DNA of 22,652 bases from Synechococcus sp. (GCA_051439425.1 JBFRWD010000025.1:1-22652); one strand, 5' to 3'; counted from the stretch's first letter, positions 1-8,385 are shown. A program made the numbers and translations. Notes: generated by a model not told the origin, from the letters alone.

Positions 1-545
1 AACTTGGCGCCACTCAGATTAGAACCCGCTAACTTCGCCTCCATCAAGTTGGCAGCACTCAAATCTGCATCCATTAGCTCTCCATTGACAAGCTCGGTCT
101 TTCGTAGCTGAGTCTTGGATAAATTGCTCTTCATCAAGATTGCACCCGTCAAATTAGCGCCGGTGCAATCTGCGCGGCACAATTCAGCCTCCAGCAAATC
201 TGCGTTCCACAAATCGGCTCCAGTCAGGTTCGCGCGACTCAAATTCGCCTGCGTCAAATTGGCATCTCGTAAATTCGCTTCCCAAAGATTGGCCTCACTC
301 AGATTCGCTTCACTCAGGTTCGCAGCCCCCAAGTTCACTTTCCAGAGCTTCGCTTTCTGCAGATTGACTCCCGATAGCTCAGCACCGTTCAGATTCGCTC
401 CCATCAAAATCGCACCACTGAGATCGGCTCCAATCAGGACAATCTCATTTAGATCGGCCATGCTGAGAGCAGCATCTCGTAAATCAACCCTGGCAAAATT
501 CCGTTGCCCGGATTGATATCTCGCTTGTAACTCTTCTCCCGTCAT
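1..545 (-). CDS. Pentapeptide-repeat protein, 3' end runs off the window
   Basis: Hand translation from ATG at 545 gives MTGEELQARYQSGQRNFARVDLRDAALSMADLNEIVLIGADLSGAILMGANLNGAELSGVNLQKAKLWKVNLGAANLSEANLSEANLWEANLRDANLTQANLSRANL... The frame is open to base 1 with continuous A(D/N)Lxx repeats and the typical cyanobacterial 'ELxxRYxxGxRNF' N-terminus. Not in the ORF track. Confidence 0.93.
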   Translation of the reverse strand, partial: MTGEELQARYQSGQRNFARVDLRDAALSMADLNEIVLIGADLSGAILMGANLNGAELSGVNLQKAKLWKVNLGAANLSEANLSEANLWEANLRDANLTQANLSRANLTGADLWNADLLEAELCRADCTGANLTGAILMKSNLSKTQLRKTELVNGELMDADLSAANLMEAKLAGSNLSGAK

Positions 546-752
546 CGCCCACCGTTGTACATTCAGAACGACCAAGGCTTCTTGCAATAGCTTGCATGAG
601 GCAAGCACCCGTAGTGTGCCAATTCGAGACTGTATAGCGATCTATCTCAGAGCGAGTGCAAGGCTATCTTGAACTCGCTAGCAATGAGACTCAAGAGCAT
701 CGACAGTTCTGCAAAACTCGCCTCATGCTCGATACATTCTACGAATCTACAC

Positions 753-1244
753 CTAGGACAACTGCTGCTTCAGCTGCTGTAAAGCACTCCAGCGGCTATC
801 CGCAGGCGGCTCGTTAGCTGAATCGACATTAACTCCAGAACAATCTGCCGCACAAATCTGCTTTTGAGGCAGCGACAAACATAATTGCTGGTACGCCCAA
901 TCCTCAATATCGAACACCCCGTCAGGGTCTAGAGTCTCGACCAAATCGTCAACCCCCACTTCCACTTCGTGACTCAGTTGAGGCTGAGATTTTTCTAACC
1001 AGATAATCTCTTCAACATCCGCTTGCAGTCGATGATTGTAAGTATTCAAGCAGCGATAGCAATCCAACGTCACAATCGTTGAAAACTGGCCGGATACCTC
1101 AACAAAATTACCACGATGGGCAATAGAGACAGAGCCATCTACAGGTATCAGCGAGTCAAAATTAGCGATGTCTTGCTTGAACTCAAACGCGCGAGTACGG
1201 TTTGGAGCTTGCAAAAGATCTTTGAGCGGAATGGGACGCAACAT
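753..1244 (-). CDS. yceD: YceD/DUF177 family protein (large ribosomal subunit accumulation)
   Basis: Contains CYRCL and LSLPQKQICAADCSG motifs and a C-terminal DSRWSALQQL. ATG at 1244 lies 4 nt after the jag stop, so it is preferred to the track start at 1271. Confidence 0.88.
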   Translation of the reverse strand: MLRPIPLKDLLQAPNRTRAFEFKQDIANFDSLIPVDGSVSIAHRGNFVEVSGQFSTIVTLDCYRCLNTYNHRLQADVEEIIWLEKSQPQLSHEVEVGVDDLVETLDPDGVFDIEDWAYQQLCLSLPQKQICAADCSGVNVDSANEPPADSRWSALQQLKQQLS

Positions 1245-1248
1245 GAAT

Positions 1249-1743
1249 TTACTCTGGAGTTGCCACAGCAAGAGCTACAACTAAGCAGCGATGAGGTTCT
1301 TTTCCTCGACTGTAAGTTTCGAGGTCGTTGTAATCGTCAGCACTCAATAAAGTGTGCACCTGCCTGCGTTCGGCAGCTGACAGCGATGGAATTTCGTATT
1401 CCCCTTGGCCAGCTCGGACGTGCTCGATCGCTGCTGCAATGAGCCCCTCTAACTCTGCAGTGCGACGCTTGCGATACCCTGCCAAGTCAATGGTAAAGGC
1501 ATGTTGCTCTTCATCCGATTGATGGAGATTGAGTAGCGTATTGGCCAAATATTGAAGGGCATCTAGCGTTGCACCACTATTTCCAAGCAGAACCTCTTGC
1601 TCGGAAGGTGGTAAAGACTCCGAGTCTATCTCTAACTCGAAGTCCTCCAGTACGTTGACAACCGGCGTGACTGACATCATGGTCAGTACTGTTTCCAACC
1701 ACTCTTTACCACGAGCCGTTGCCTGTTGGGCATCTTCGGTCAT
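1249..1743 (-). CDS. jag: Jag/KhpB (SpoIIIJ-associated) KH + R3H RNA-binding protein
   Basis: LLGNSGATLDALQYLAN (KH), IDLAGYRKRR, and LSAAERRQVH...ETYSRGKEPHRCLVV (R3H). Lies immediately downstream of yidC. Confidence 0.9.
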   Translation of the reverse strand: MTEDAQQATARGKEWLETVLTMMSVTPVVNVLEDFELEIDSESLPPSEQEVLLGNSGATLDALQYLANTLLNLHQSDEEQHAFTIDLAGYRKRRTAELEGLIAAAIEHVRAGQGEYEIPSLSAAERRQVHTLLSADDYNDLETYSRGKEPHRCLVVALAVATPE

Positions 1744-1778
1744 CCCACAGTCCCCAAAAGCACTTGTGGTGATTAAGT

Positions 1779-2936
1779 TTAGCGCTCGAACGGCAGAGAT
1801 TCGCGATCGCCACCCTTTGTTTTAGAACTCTTGCTATCTTCTATCTCTTGAACCTTACGCTCTTGCTCCACAAGCTTCTGAATATTTTCGGGCAGAGGTT
1901 CGCGCGAGAGAAAATAAGTCTGGGCAGTCTGGAACATATTCGAGACCACAATGTAAATTAACACCCCAGCCGGTAGCGGGAAAAAGAGAAACATACCGGA
2001 GAACAGAATGGGTGTGATCTTATTAATCGATTGTTGGTTATCGTCCTGCTTGGCACTGGACCCAGCACTGTTAATAGACTGGCTGACATAGGTGGACAAG
2101 CCAAACACGATCACCATACCGATAATGTCCCAGTGAACGCTGCCATCGTCACCAAAGGCACCTACGCGACCCAATTTCTCAATGAAGAGGAATCCTGTAT
2201 CGGCAGCCACACCAGGAATTTTAGCCTGAACTGTCACATCCCCTGGCTGAAGTGCAACAAGGGTACCATCCGGCTTGATGCGCGCAATGTCTTCCCCCTT
2301 CGTCACCGCCCAAGCAGGAGTCAGATCGAAATCGCCAGGCTGAGCGAACTCAGAACGCAAATTTGCAAAGGATTGACCTTGGGTACCTTGCAACGCGAGC
2401 TGCGTAGTACTGCCTTCTGCTAATTGCGACGCAGGAGCAGTCAGTACCAGTTGCTTGTGGAGCGAGTCGTTAAAAAATACGTTTTTCGCTGAAGAGCTGG
2501 TCGGTGACGGTACTATCTCAGCGGCAACATCAGACGGAACCACATGCAGATTGACGTCAAACGGGACATCTGCAAATGGAGACCCTTTGAGAGTAGCAAA
2601 CAGTGCAAACAGAATTGGCATCTGTAACAGGAGAGGAAAACACCCACCCAACGGATTGCCGAACTCCCTATACAGTTCCGACTGAGCCTCCCTCATCTTC
2701 ATTGGATCGTCAGCGTATTTCTCTTGAGCCTCTTTCATCTTCTTTTGCATGAGAGGCTGGGCTACCTTCATCTTGCGCATATTGCGAATCGACCCTGCAT
2801 TGAGAGGGTAGAGGGCAAAGCGAATGACTAGGGTAAGAAAAATAATGGCTAGGCCGTAGCTGGAAACGATTCCGTAGAAGAAATCCAGAATCGGCAGCAT
2901 GACGTTGTTGGAAAGAAACCCGACGCCGAAATCCAT
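1779..2936 (-). CDS. yidC: Membrane protein insertase YidC (Alb3/Oxa1)
   Basis: Cyanobacterial N-terminus MDFGVGFLSNNVMLPILDFFYGIV, plus GGCFPLLLQMPILFALF and FFPLPAGVLIY motifs. Confidence 0.97.
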   Translation of the reverse strand: MDFGVGFLSNNVMLPILDFFYGIVSSYGLAIIFLTLVIRFALYPLNAGSIRNMRKMKVAQPLMQKKMKEAQEKYADDPMKMREAQSELYREFGNPLGGCFPLLLQMPILFALFATLKGSPFADVPFDVNLHVVPSDVAAEIVPSPTSSSAKNVFFNDSLHKQLVLTAPASQLAEGSTTQLALQGTQGQSFANLRSEFAQPGDFDLTPAWAVTKGEDIARIKPDGTLVALQPGDVTVQAKIPGVAADTGFLFIEKLGRVGAFGDDGSVHWDIIGMVIVFGLSTYVSQSINSAGSSAKQDDNQQSINKITPILFSGMFLFFPLPAGVLIYIVVSNMFQTAQTYFLSREPLPENIQKLVEQERKVQEIEDSKSSKTKGGDRESLPFER

Positions 2937-3088
2937 TCAGATGCTCGTTTGGTAACAGTCAGTTTACATTGTAGAGGTTTTTGTCCGACCTAGACGCAGT
3001 AGAAACCGGACTGCTAAAGCAGTCTTCGGTTAGTTGCAATCGGACGGAATTTGCTGACACAGTCTCCGCAGAAACAGCCCCAGGCTCG

Positions 3089-3496
3089 CTATCGAGAGGC
3101 AGCCACTTCACCTGCCGCTCCACTCTTTTTCCGAGCCGAATCATCGACTCGCTCCAGAATATAGTCAGATACTTCCCGAAAATTCGGAACCGAACGCATC
3201 TCTAAGCGACTCCCATCCTTGAGGGTCAGAACAATGTCGCCACGTCCCCCCAATCCGCGAGGCAAGTTCACGAGGTTTTTGATTTCTTTGTAAATGATGT
3301 CAGAGCGCTCGCGCCCTTGCCATCCCCCCATGATGGTGACTCGGCGATTGGTAATTCGGTAGCGCACCCAAAGCTGACGGACTAAGGCTCCGACAAACAA
3401 CGGTAAGCCAACAATCGTCAGACCAATCAGCGAGTTAGAGATCAGATCGCCAATGTGCGGCTTTCCTTCGAAAAACACTTCTTCTTTGATAGCCAT
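3089..3496 (-). CDS. Bacterial PH-domain (bPH) membrane protein
   Basis: MAIKEEVFFEGKPHIGDL...LWVRYRITNRRVTI.GG...GDIVLTLKDGSRLEMRSVPNFRE. This gene conventionally sits between rnpA and yidC in cyanobacteria. ATG at 3496 preferred. Confidence 0.88.
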   Translation of the reverse strand: MAIKEEVFFEGKPHIGDLISNSLIGLTIVGLPLFVGALVRQLWVRYRITNRRVTIMGGWQGRERSDIIYKEIKNLVNLPRGLGGRGDIVLTLKDGSRLEMRSVPNFREVSDYILERVDDSARKKSGAAGEVAASR

Positions 3497-3618
3497 CCGG
3501 GGCACAAATCTAAAGAAACAATGAATCCATTCTAAAGGGTTGGCTTAGCGAACCCCACCACCATATTTCGAAAATCGTCTGAGGGAAGAGCCTTACACGA
3601 CATGAGTGGAAATGGATA

Positions 3619-4056
3619 TCACAGGTCGGCAGGGTCTTCGATCAGATGAACCCGTTCGAGCAGAGAGCGCAATTCTCGATGAATATCTGACACTGAACAG
3701 ATCAGCAGGCGGGGGCGCGCGTTCCTGTCACTATCGCGATTGCGGGGACGATTGGCGGAAACAGCGATACAGTAATTCGCAACTAAGACATTGCTGAACT
3801 CTCGCAGTTGGTGCCGGACTCGACGTTTGATGCGATTGCGCTCAACTGCCTTGCGACTCACCTTTTTACTCACGATCACAGCTATCCGGCTAGAGACATT
3901 GGTGTCCCCAGCCGGACGAAAACTGGATAGAGTCAACCCCGCCTTATCGTATGCAATGCACCGAATGGTTAGCATGGTGCCTCTAGCTATGCGCCCGCGT
4001 CGATAGAGCGGATCGAATGCTTGGCGCTGCTGCAACCTTTGAGACCGCGGAAACAT
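3619..4056 (-). CDS. rnpA: Ribonuclease P protein component
   Basis: RNR motif VSKKVSRKAVERNRIKRRVR and N-terminal FPRSQRL. Downstream of rpmH. ATG at 4056 preferred. Confidence 0.93.
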   Translation of the reverse strand: MFPRSQRLQQRQAFDPLYRRGRIARGTMLTIRCIAYDKAGLTLSSFRPAGDTNVSSRIAVIVSKKVSRKAVERNRIKRRVRHQLREFSNVLVANYCIAVSANRPRNRDSDRNARPRLLICSVSDIHRELRSLLERVHLIEDPADL

Positions 4057-4162
4057 AACGTGCTCTCTAGTTCTTTGCAACTACCATTGCTTGATAAGTA
4101 CGTTGTTCGGCACCAATCCAACGAAGAGATCCTTAACAGCAAGAACCCATCTCAGAAAGCGA

Positions 4163-4300
4163 TTAAGCTCCGATTCTGGCACGGCCTTTGGAACGGCGGC
4201 TGCGAATGACGCGGCGGCCGCCGGGAGTTCTCATCCGCACGCGAAATCCGGAGACGCGGCGGCGTTTGCGGTTGGTACCGCCAAGAGTACGCTTGGTCAC
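4163..4300 (-). CDS. rpmH: 50S ribosomal protein L34
   Basis: Hand translation from GTG 4300 to TAA 4163-4165: [45 protein letters not shown] (45 aa). Too short for the ORF track. Confidence 0.97.
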   Translation of the reverse strand: MTKRTLGGTNRKRRRVSGFRVRMRTPGGRRVIRSRRSKGRARIGA

Positions 4301-4339
4301 AACTAAACCTTTGGGTATCAGCAATTTTGCAGGCTTACT

Positions 4340-4369
4340 ATCTTACCGAGCCGATGGCGTTTAGAGCAA
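4340..4369 (-). promoter_or_regulatory. Putative sigma70-type promoter of the rpmH operon
   Basis: Minus strand reads TTGCTC-N18-TAAGAT, about 40 nt upstream of the rpmH start. Confidence 0.45.
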
Positions 4370-4423
4370 TACTCAAAGTTTGGCGATCGTTGGCTACTGG
4401 GGTGAGACCCGCAAAATTGTGTC

Positions 4424-4432
4424 TGATATGCT
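4424..4432 (+). promoter_or_regulatory. Putative extended -10 promoter of dnaA
   Basis: TGaTATGCT about 70 nt upstream of the dnaA GTG. Motif match only. Confidence 0.3.
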
Positions 4433-4501
4433 AGCTACTCAAGGCTAGCCCAAGTGAGTTGGTGCCTAGTTGGTGTGTTGCGTTAAGAGCTTGTTCATAG
4501 A

Positions 4502-5929
4502 GTGACTTTGTCTGCCGAACAGCTATGGGAACAGGTGTTGAGCCACCTCCAGGTTCAACTCAGTCGTCCGACGTTTGAAACATGGATCAAGACTGCCCGA
4601 GCTGCATCTCTGACAGACACTTGCCTCACCATTCAAACCCCCAATACCTTTGCCCGAAATTGGCTGCAGAAAAATTACGTCGCCACAATTGCCACTGTTG
4701 TCGAAGGAATTCTCGGTCAGCCGCTTGATATTGCCATTGCAGTCAGTACAGCTGCAGATACAGACAATAATTTCTCAGCCTCAGTCGAATTGCCGAGCGC
4801 ACCACCTGCTGCAGTACCAAAACCGGCCTCAGAAGCAGCAACCCAGTCAGTAGCATCCTCTGCCACAAGCAATGGAAGTGCGGCACCCAGCGGCGCCCGC
4901 ATGGTGGAACTCAATCCCAAATACACCTTCTCTCGTTTCGTTGTGGGCTCGAACAATCGCATGGCCCATGCCGCTGCACTGGCGGTTGCAGAGATGCCGG
5001 GTCGAGCGTATAACCCACTCTTCTTGTGTGGCGGAGTAGGGCTAGGCAAAACCCACTTAATGCAGGCGATCGGACAATATCGCCTGGAAACAGACGCCAA
5101 TACCAAGATTTTTTACGTCTCGACCGAACGATTCACCAACGACCTCATCGATGCTATCCGGCGAGACAGTATGCAAGCATTCCGCGAACACTATCGCGAT
5201 GTCGATGTGCTGATGGTAGATGACATTCAATTCATCGAGGGCAAGGAATACACGCAGGAAGAATTCTTCCACACATTCAATACGCTGCACGAACGGGGTA
5301 AGCAGATTGTGCTGTGTTCAGATCGCTCTCCCCATCTCATTCCGAGATTGCAAGAGCGACTGTGTTCTCGATTTTCGATGGGGTTAATTGCAGAAATTCA
5401 ATCCCCCGATATCGAAACTCGTATGGCGATTCTGCAGAAGAAGGCAGAGTACGAAGGCATGCACTTGCCTCCCGAAGTCATCGAATATATCGCCTCGACC
5501 TACACCAACAACATTCGAGAGCTGGAGGGAGCACTAATCCGAGCAGTGGCGTTTGTGTCTATTTCTGGCCTCACCATGACCGTTGAGAATATTGAGCCGA
5601 TTCTCAACCCTCCCACGAAAGCTCGCGAAGTGACTCCATCCGTAATCGTGGAAGTTGTCTGTGAAGAATACAAAGTTACGGCGGAAGATCTGTTGAGCAA
5701 CTCTCGCAAACGCGAAATCAGTCAGGCCAGACAGATCGCCATGTTTTTGATGCGCAACTACACCGACTTAAGCCTGCCCAAGATTGGTGAGGCACTCGGG
5801 GGAAAAGACCACACGACTGTCTTGTACAGCTGCGAGAAGGTCACTCAGCTCCAGGAAAAAGATCCGCAAGTGGCCCGACAAATGCAGCAGTTGGGCGATC
5901 GCCTCAGAATTGCGGCCAACAAACCCTAG
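4502..5929 (+). CDS. dnaA: Chromosomal replication initiator DnaA
   Basis: [13 protein letters not shown], Walker [41 protein letters not shown], and domain [19 protein letters not shown]. Confidence 0.99.
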   Translation: MTLSAEQLWEQVLSHLQVQLSRPTFETWIKTARAASLTDTCLTIQTPNTFARNWLQKNYVATIATVVEGILGQPLDIAIAVSTAADTDNNFSASVELPSAPPAAVPKPASEAATQSVASSATSNGSAAPSGARMVELNPKYTFSRFVVGSNNRMAHAAALAVAEMPGRAYNPLFLCGGVGLGKTHLMQAIGQYRLETDANTKIFYVSTERFTNDLIDAIRRDSMQAFREHYRDVDVLMVDDIQFIEGKEYTQEEFFHTFNTLHERGKQIVLCSDRSPHLIPRLQERLCSRFSMGLIAEIQSPDIETRMAILQKKAEYEGMHLPPEVIEYIASTYTNNIRELEGALIRAVAFVSISGLTMTVENIEPILNPPTKAREVTPSVIVEVVCEEYKVTAEDLLSNSRKREISQARQIAMFLMRNYTDLSLPKIGEALGGKDHTTVLYSCEKVTQLQEKDPQVARQMQQLGDRLRIAANKP

Positions 5930-6439
5930 CCCCCTCCACAAGCAGAGAGGGTTGCCCCCTCGCCGATCGCTACAGCTACAGACAAGCCACACTTTCTCCC
6001 GTTAGTTCGTCGGCTATCTATCCGCACCGCTAACGCCAACTGAAGATACACCAACGTATTCCCTGCCTTCTTCACAAGGTGGGGAAAAGTACTGGGAACC
6101 TGTGGAAAACTTCACGATCGATTTTCCCAGAATCATCATCGAGAATCTTAAGAGATTCCATATATAGGGTAGATACCTGAAAAAGGTCATCCAATCACGC
6201 TGTGAGTGTGTATCATTTTCTGAAGATGCGATCGTCCGATCGCATTCCCCCTGTGAATAACCTGTGAATAACTCCCAAAAACTGTGGAAAAGTTGTGGAA
6301 AACCCTAGGGGGTTACTAACAGGTATTTATACCTGTGGAAAACCTTGCTATTTATCCACAGGAGTTTCCACAAGCTAGATCGCCCCCAAAAGTTTGTAGC
6401 ATAAGCGATCCCCATTTTTGTCCACAGAATCCACACCCC

Positions 6440-6452
6440 CTACTACTACTAT
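6440..6452 (-). promoter_or_regulatory. DnaA-trio array (basal unwinding system)
   Basis: Plus strand CTACTACTACTAT equals repeated 3'-GAT-5' on the minus strand. It directly follows tandem boxes 6418-6435 and a C-run, and precedes TTGTTTATTTAT. Confidence 0.8.
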
Positions 6453-6558
6453 CTTGTTTATTTATCTAAGAAGAGTAGAAAGAAGACGGGTTAAACACGA
6501 GAGAAAAAAACTGAACCGAGAGGAAAAGGGAAGAACGGGGAAAAGCACCAATTCCCGG

Positions 6559-6567
6559 TGCTAGGAT
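6559..6567 (+). promoter_or_regulatory. Putative extended -10 promoter of dnaN
   Basis: TGcTAGGAT about 130 nt upstream of the dnaN ATG. Motif match only. Confidence 0.3.
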
Positions 6568-6699
6568 GACCCTGGCCAAGAGGCAAGTGCGCTGCTCCGC
6601 TGTTGACCGACCATTCACCCGGCGAGCACCAGACTCGACAATTCGCTTGCCAATCGGTTGCTTTTGCATTCTGCGTTCGCTTTAGGGGTTGCCGTCGTT

Positions 6700-7893
6700 A
6701 TGCAACTGGTTTGTTCTCAAGCCGATCTCAACCAACATCTTGCGTTTGTCAGTCGAGCTGTGAGCAGCCGACCCAATGTCCCCATCCTCTCCAATATTCT
6801 CTTAGAGGCAGATCCAGCCGCTGGTACCTTGTCTTTGACTGCGCTCGACATGAATTTAGGCATTCGGACACAGTTTGATGCTCAGGTAGTTGAGGGAGGA
6901 CGAACAACGTTGCCGGCACGGTTACTCAAAGACATTGTCACGCGTTTACCCAATGCTGATGTGACTTTGAGCCAGCCAGATGCCGATTCGCCTGCCACCA
7001 TTGCTTGTTTGGCTGGGGAATATCAAATCCGTGGTGCCCACGCTAGTGACTTCCCCGAGTTGCCTGAGGTTGAGGGAAAAACTGTCGAGTTATCTGTGGA
7101 TGACGTTCTGCGAGGGATTGGCAGCACCCTATTTGCCGCATCAGGTGATGAAACCAAGCAAGTCTTGACTGGAGTACATGTTAAATCGATTTCTGCAGGG
7201 CTAGAGTTTGCAGCAACTGACGGTCATCGTCTGGCTACGATTCAGGTCTTGGGAGATGATGATGGGTCGGCTGAGCCCGTTGTCAATGAAACTAGCAATC
7301 TTGGGAATGGCAGTTCTGGGAATGGGGCAGGATCGGATTCAGCTACGATGGAATTTACGATTCCAGCGCGAACATTGAAGGAGTTGGAAAGCGTTCTGTC
7401 CAGTCAAGCCGTTCCACAGCTGAATGTGCAGTTCGATCGCTCTCAAGTTATCGTAACCATGCCGGATATCACAATTACCAGTCGGCTGCTCGACGGTCAG
7501 TATCCTAATTACGGCCAGTTGATTCCCACTCAGTTCGAACGTCACATGACTGTGGAGCGACGGGAATTAGTGTCTGCGCTAGAACGGATGGCTGTTTTTG
7601 CAGAACAAAAAAACAATATTTTGAAGTTTAAGTTGTCGACAGACGAGCAAACGCTGGAGATTGAAGCAGAAGCCCCCGATGTTGGAGGAGGCCAAGAGTC
7701 AATTGCCGTTCAGTTTTCAGGTGATGACCTGGAAATTGCGTTTAACGTCAAGTACTTGCTCGATGCTCTGAAAGTGTTCGATACATCGGAAGTGAAGTTA
7801 AAGATGAATGGTCAGACTCAACCCGCAGTCATGGAACCTCTGGGGGCTGAGCAATTAAAGTACCTGGTCATGCCAGTCCAAATTCGCAATTAG
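6700..7893 (+). CDS. dnaN: DNA polymerase III beta sliding clamp
   Basis: MQLVCSQADLNQHLAFVSRAVSSRPNVPILSNILL, AATDGHRLA, SRLLDGQYPNY, IAFNVKYLLDAL, YLVMPVQIR. ATG at 6700 preferred to the track start at 6658. Confidence 0.98.
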   Translation: MQLVCSQADLNQHLAFVSRAVSSRPNVPILSNILLEADPAAGTLSLTALDMNLGIRTQFDAQVVEGGRTTLPARLLKDIVTRLPNADVTLSQPDADSPATIACLAGEYQIRGAHASDFPELPEVEGKTVELSVDDVLRGIGSTLFAASGDETKQVLTGVHVKSISAGLEFAATDGHRLATIQVLGDDDGSAEPVVNETSNLGNGSSGNGAGSDSATMEFTIPARTLKELESVLSSQAVPQLNVQFDRSQVIVTMPDITITSRLLDGQYPNYGQLIPTQFERHMTVERRELVSALERMAVFAEQKNNILKFKLSTDEQTLEIEAEAPDVGGGQESIAVQFSGDDLEIAFNVKYLLDALKVFDTSEVKLKMNGQTQPAVMEPLGAEQLKYLVMPVQIRN

Positions 7894-8003
7894 GGATTGG
7901 AGCTGTTGTAGTGACCTAACGAATGCCGAATTGTTGCATTTCAGCCCCTGACCATTGGGGATTCAACGAGAGCAATGTTGATGTTGCTAAGTTCCATGGA
8001 TCG

Positions 8004-8297
8004 CTAGCTTTGGGCTGGGTTTTGGTTTTTCCCCAAGCTGCGTTCGTCAACGCGATCAGCAGGAACCTGCTCCCAGCCGTGGACTTCGCCTTTGACGAAT
8101 ACTTCTTGCACGTCCAGTTGAGATGCTAATTCAGGATTCGCTTTCAAAAATTCTTGGGCGGAATCCTGGGAATCAAAACAGCATGCTTGTCCGCTAGCAT
8201 TGACAGCTAATCGGCCCTCGGCATCCAGAAGGCAGAACAGACCACTATCTGGGCGACTGTAGGTATTGTCGGTGGAATTCTCGACGGTAGAAGACAT
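8004..8297 (-). CDS. Small hypothetical protein with possible Tic22/SseB-like single domain
   Basis: 97 aa from ATG 8297, preceded by a GAGGA Shine-Dalgarno-like sequence (alternative start 8381). Composition is protein-like: GLFCLLDAEGRLAV...CFDSQDSAQEFLKANPELASQLDVQEV. Confidence 0.65.
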   Translation of the reverse strand: MSSTVENSTDNTYSRPDSGLFCLLDAEGRLAVNASGQACCFDSQDSAQEFLKANPELASQLDVQEVFVKGEVHGWEQVPADRVDERSLGKNQNPAQS

Positions 8298-8385
8298 CTT
8301 GGCGTCCTCGTAGGAGTCAAACTGTGACTGTTTAGAACAGTGCTGCATTGCGATATTTGCGAATACAGACTCTATCCCCACACTA

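Larger units (their letters stand above)
5930..6699. other. Chromosomal replication origin oriC (dnaA-dnaN intergenic region)
   Basis: Perfect TTWTNCACA boxes at 6101, 6252, 6263, 6283, 6294 and 6334 (reverse) and 6352 (forward). One-mismatch boxes at 6068, 6080, 6364 and 6418, and a two-mismatch box at 6427. These are followed by CCCCC, (CTA)4 trios and an AT-rich tract. Confidence 0.92.

Noticed and set aside
115..516. 133-aa repetitive plus-strand ORF
   Set aside because: Antisense shadow of the minus-strand pentapeptide-repeat gene. Its periodicity comes from that gene's codons.
4091..4306. 71-aa minus-strand ORF in the track
   Set aside because: Wrong frame. The real gene here is rpmH (4163-4300).
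4301..4501. Autoregulatory DnaA boxes upstream of dnaA (bipartite origin)
   Set aside because: No good TTWTNCACA match was seen in this spacer. All clear boxes lie downstream of dnaA.
6252..6302. Repeated TGTG(A/G)A(T/A)AA units as a CRISPR array or iterons
   Set aside because: These are 9-mer DnaA boxes with no spacer structure and no cas or rep genes.
6466..6669. 67-aa ORF inside the dnaA-dnaN spacer
   Set aside because: No recognisable motif. Its Phe/Ser/Leu-rich tail reflects the purine-rich tract of the origin region.
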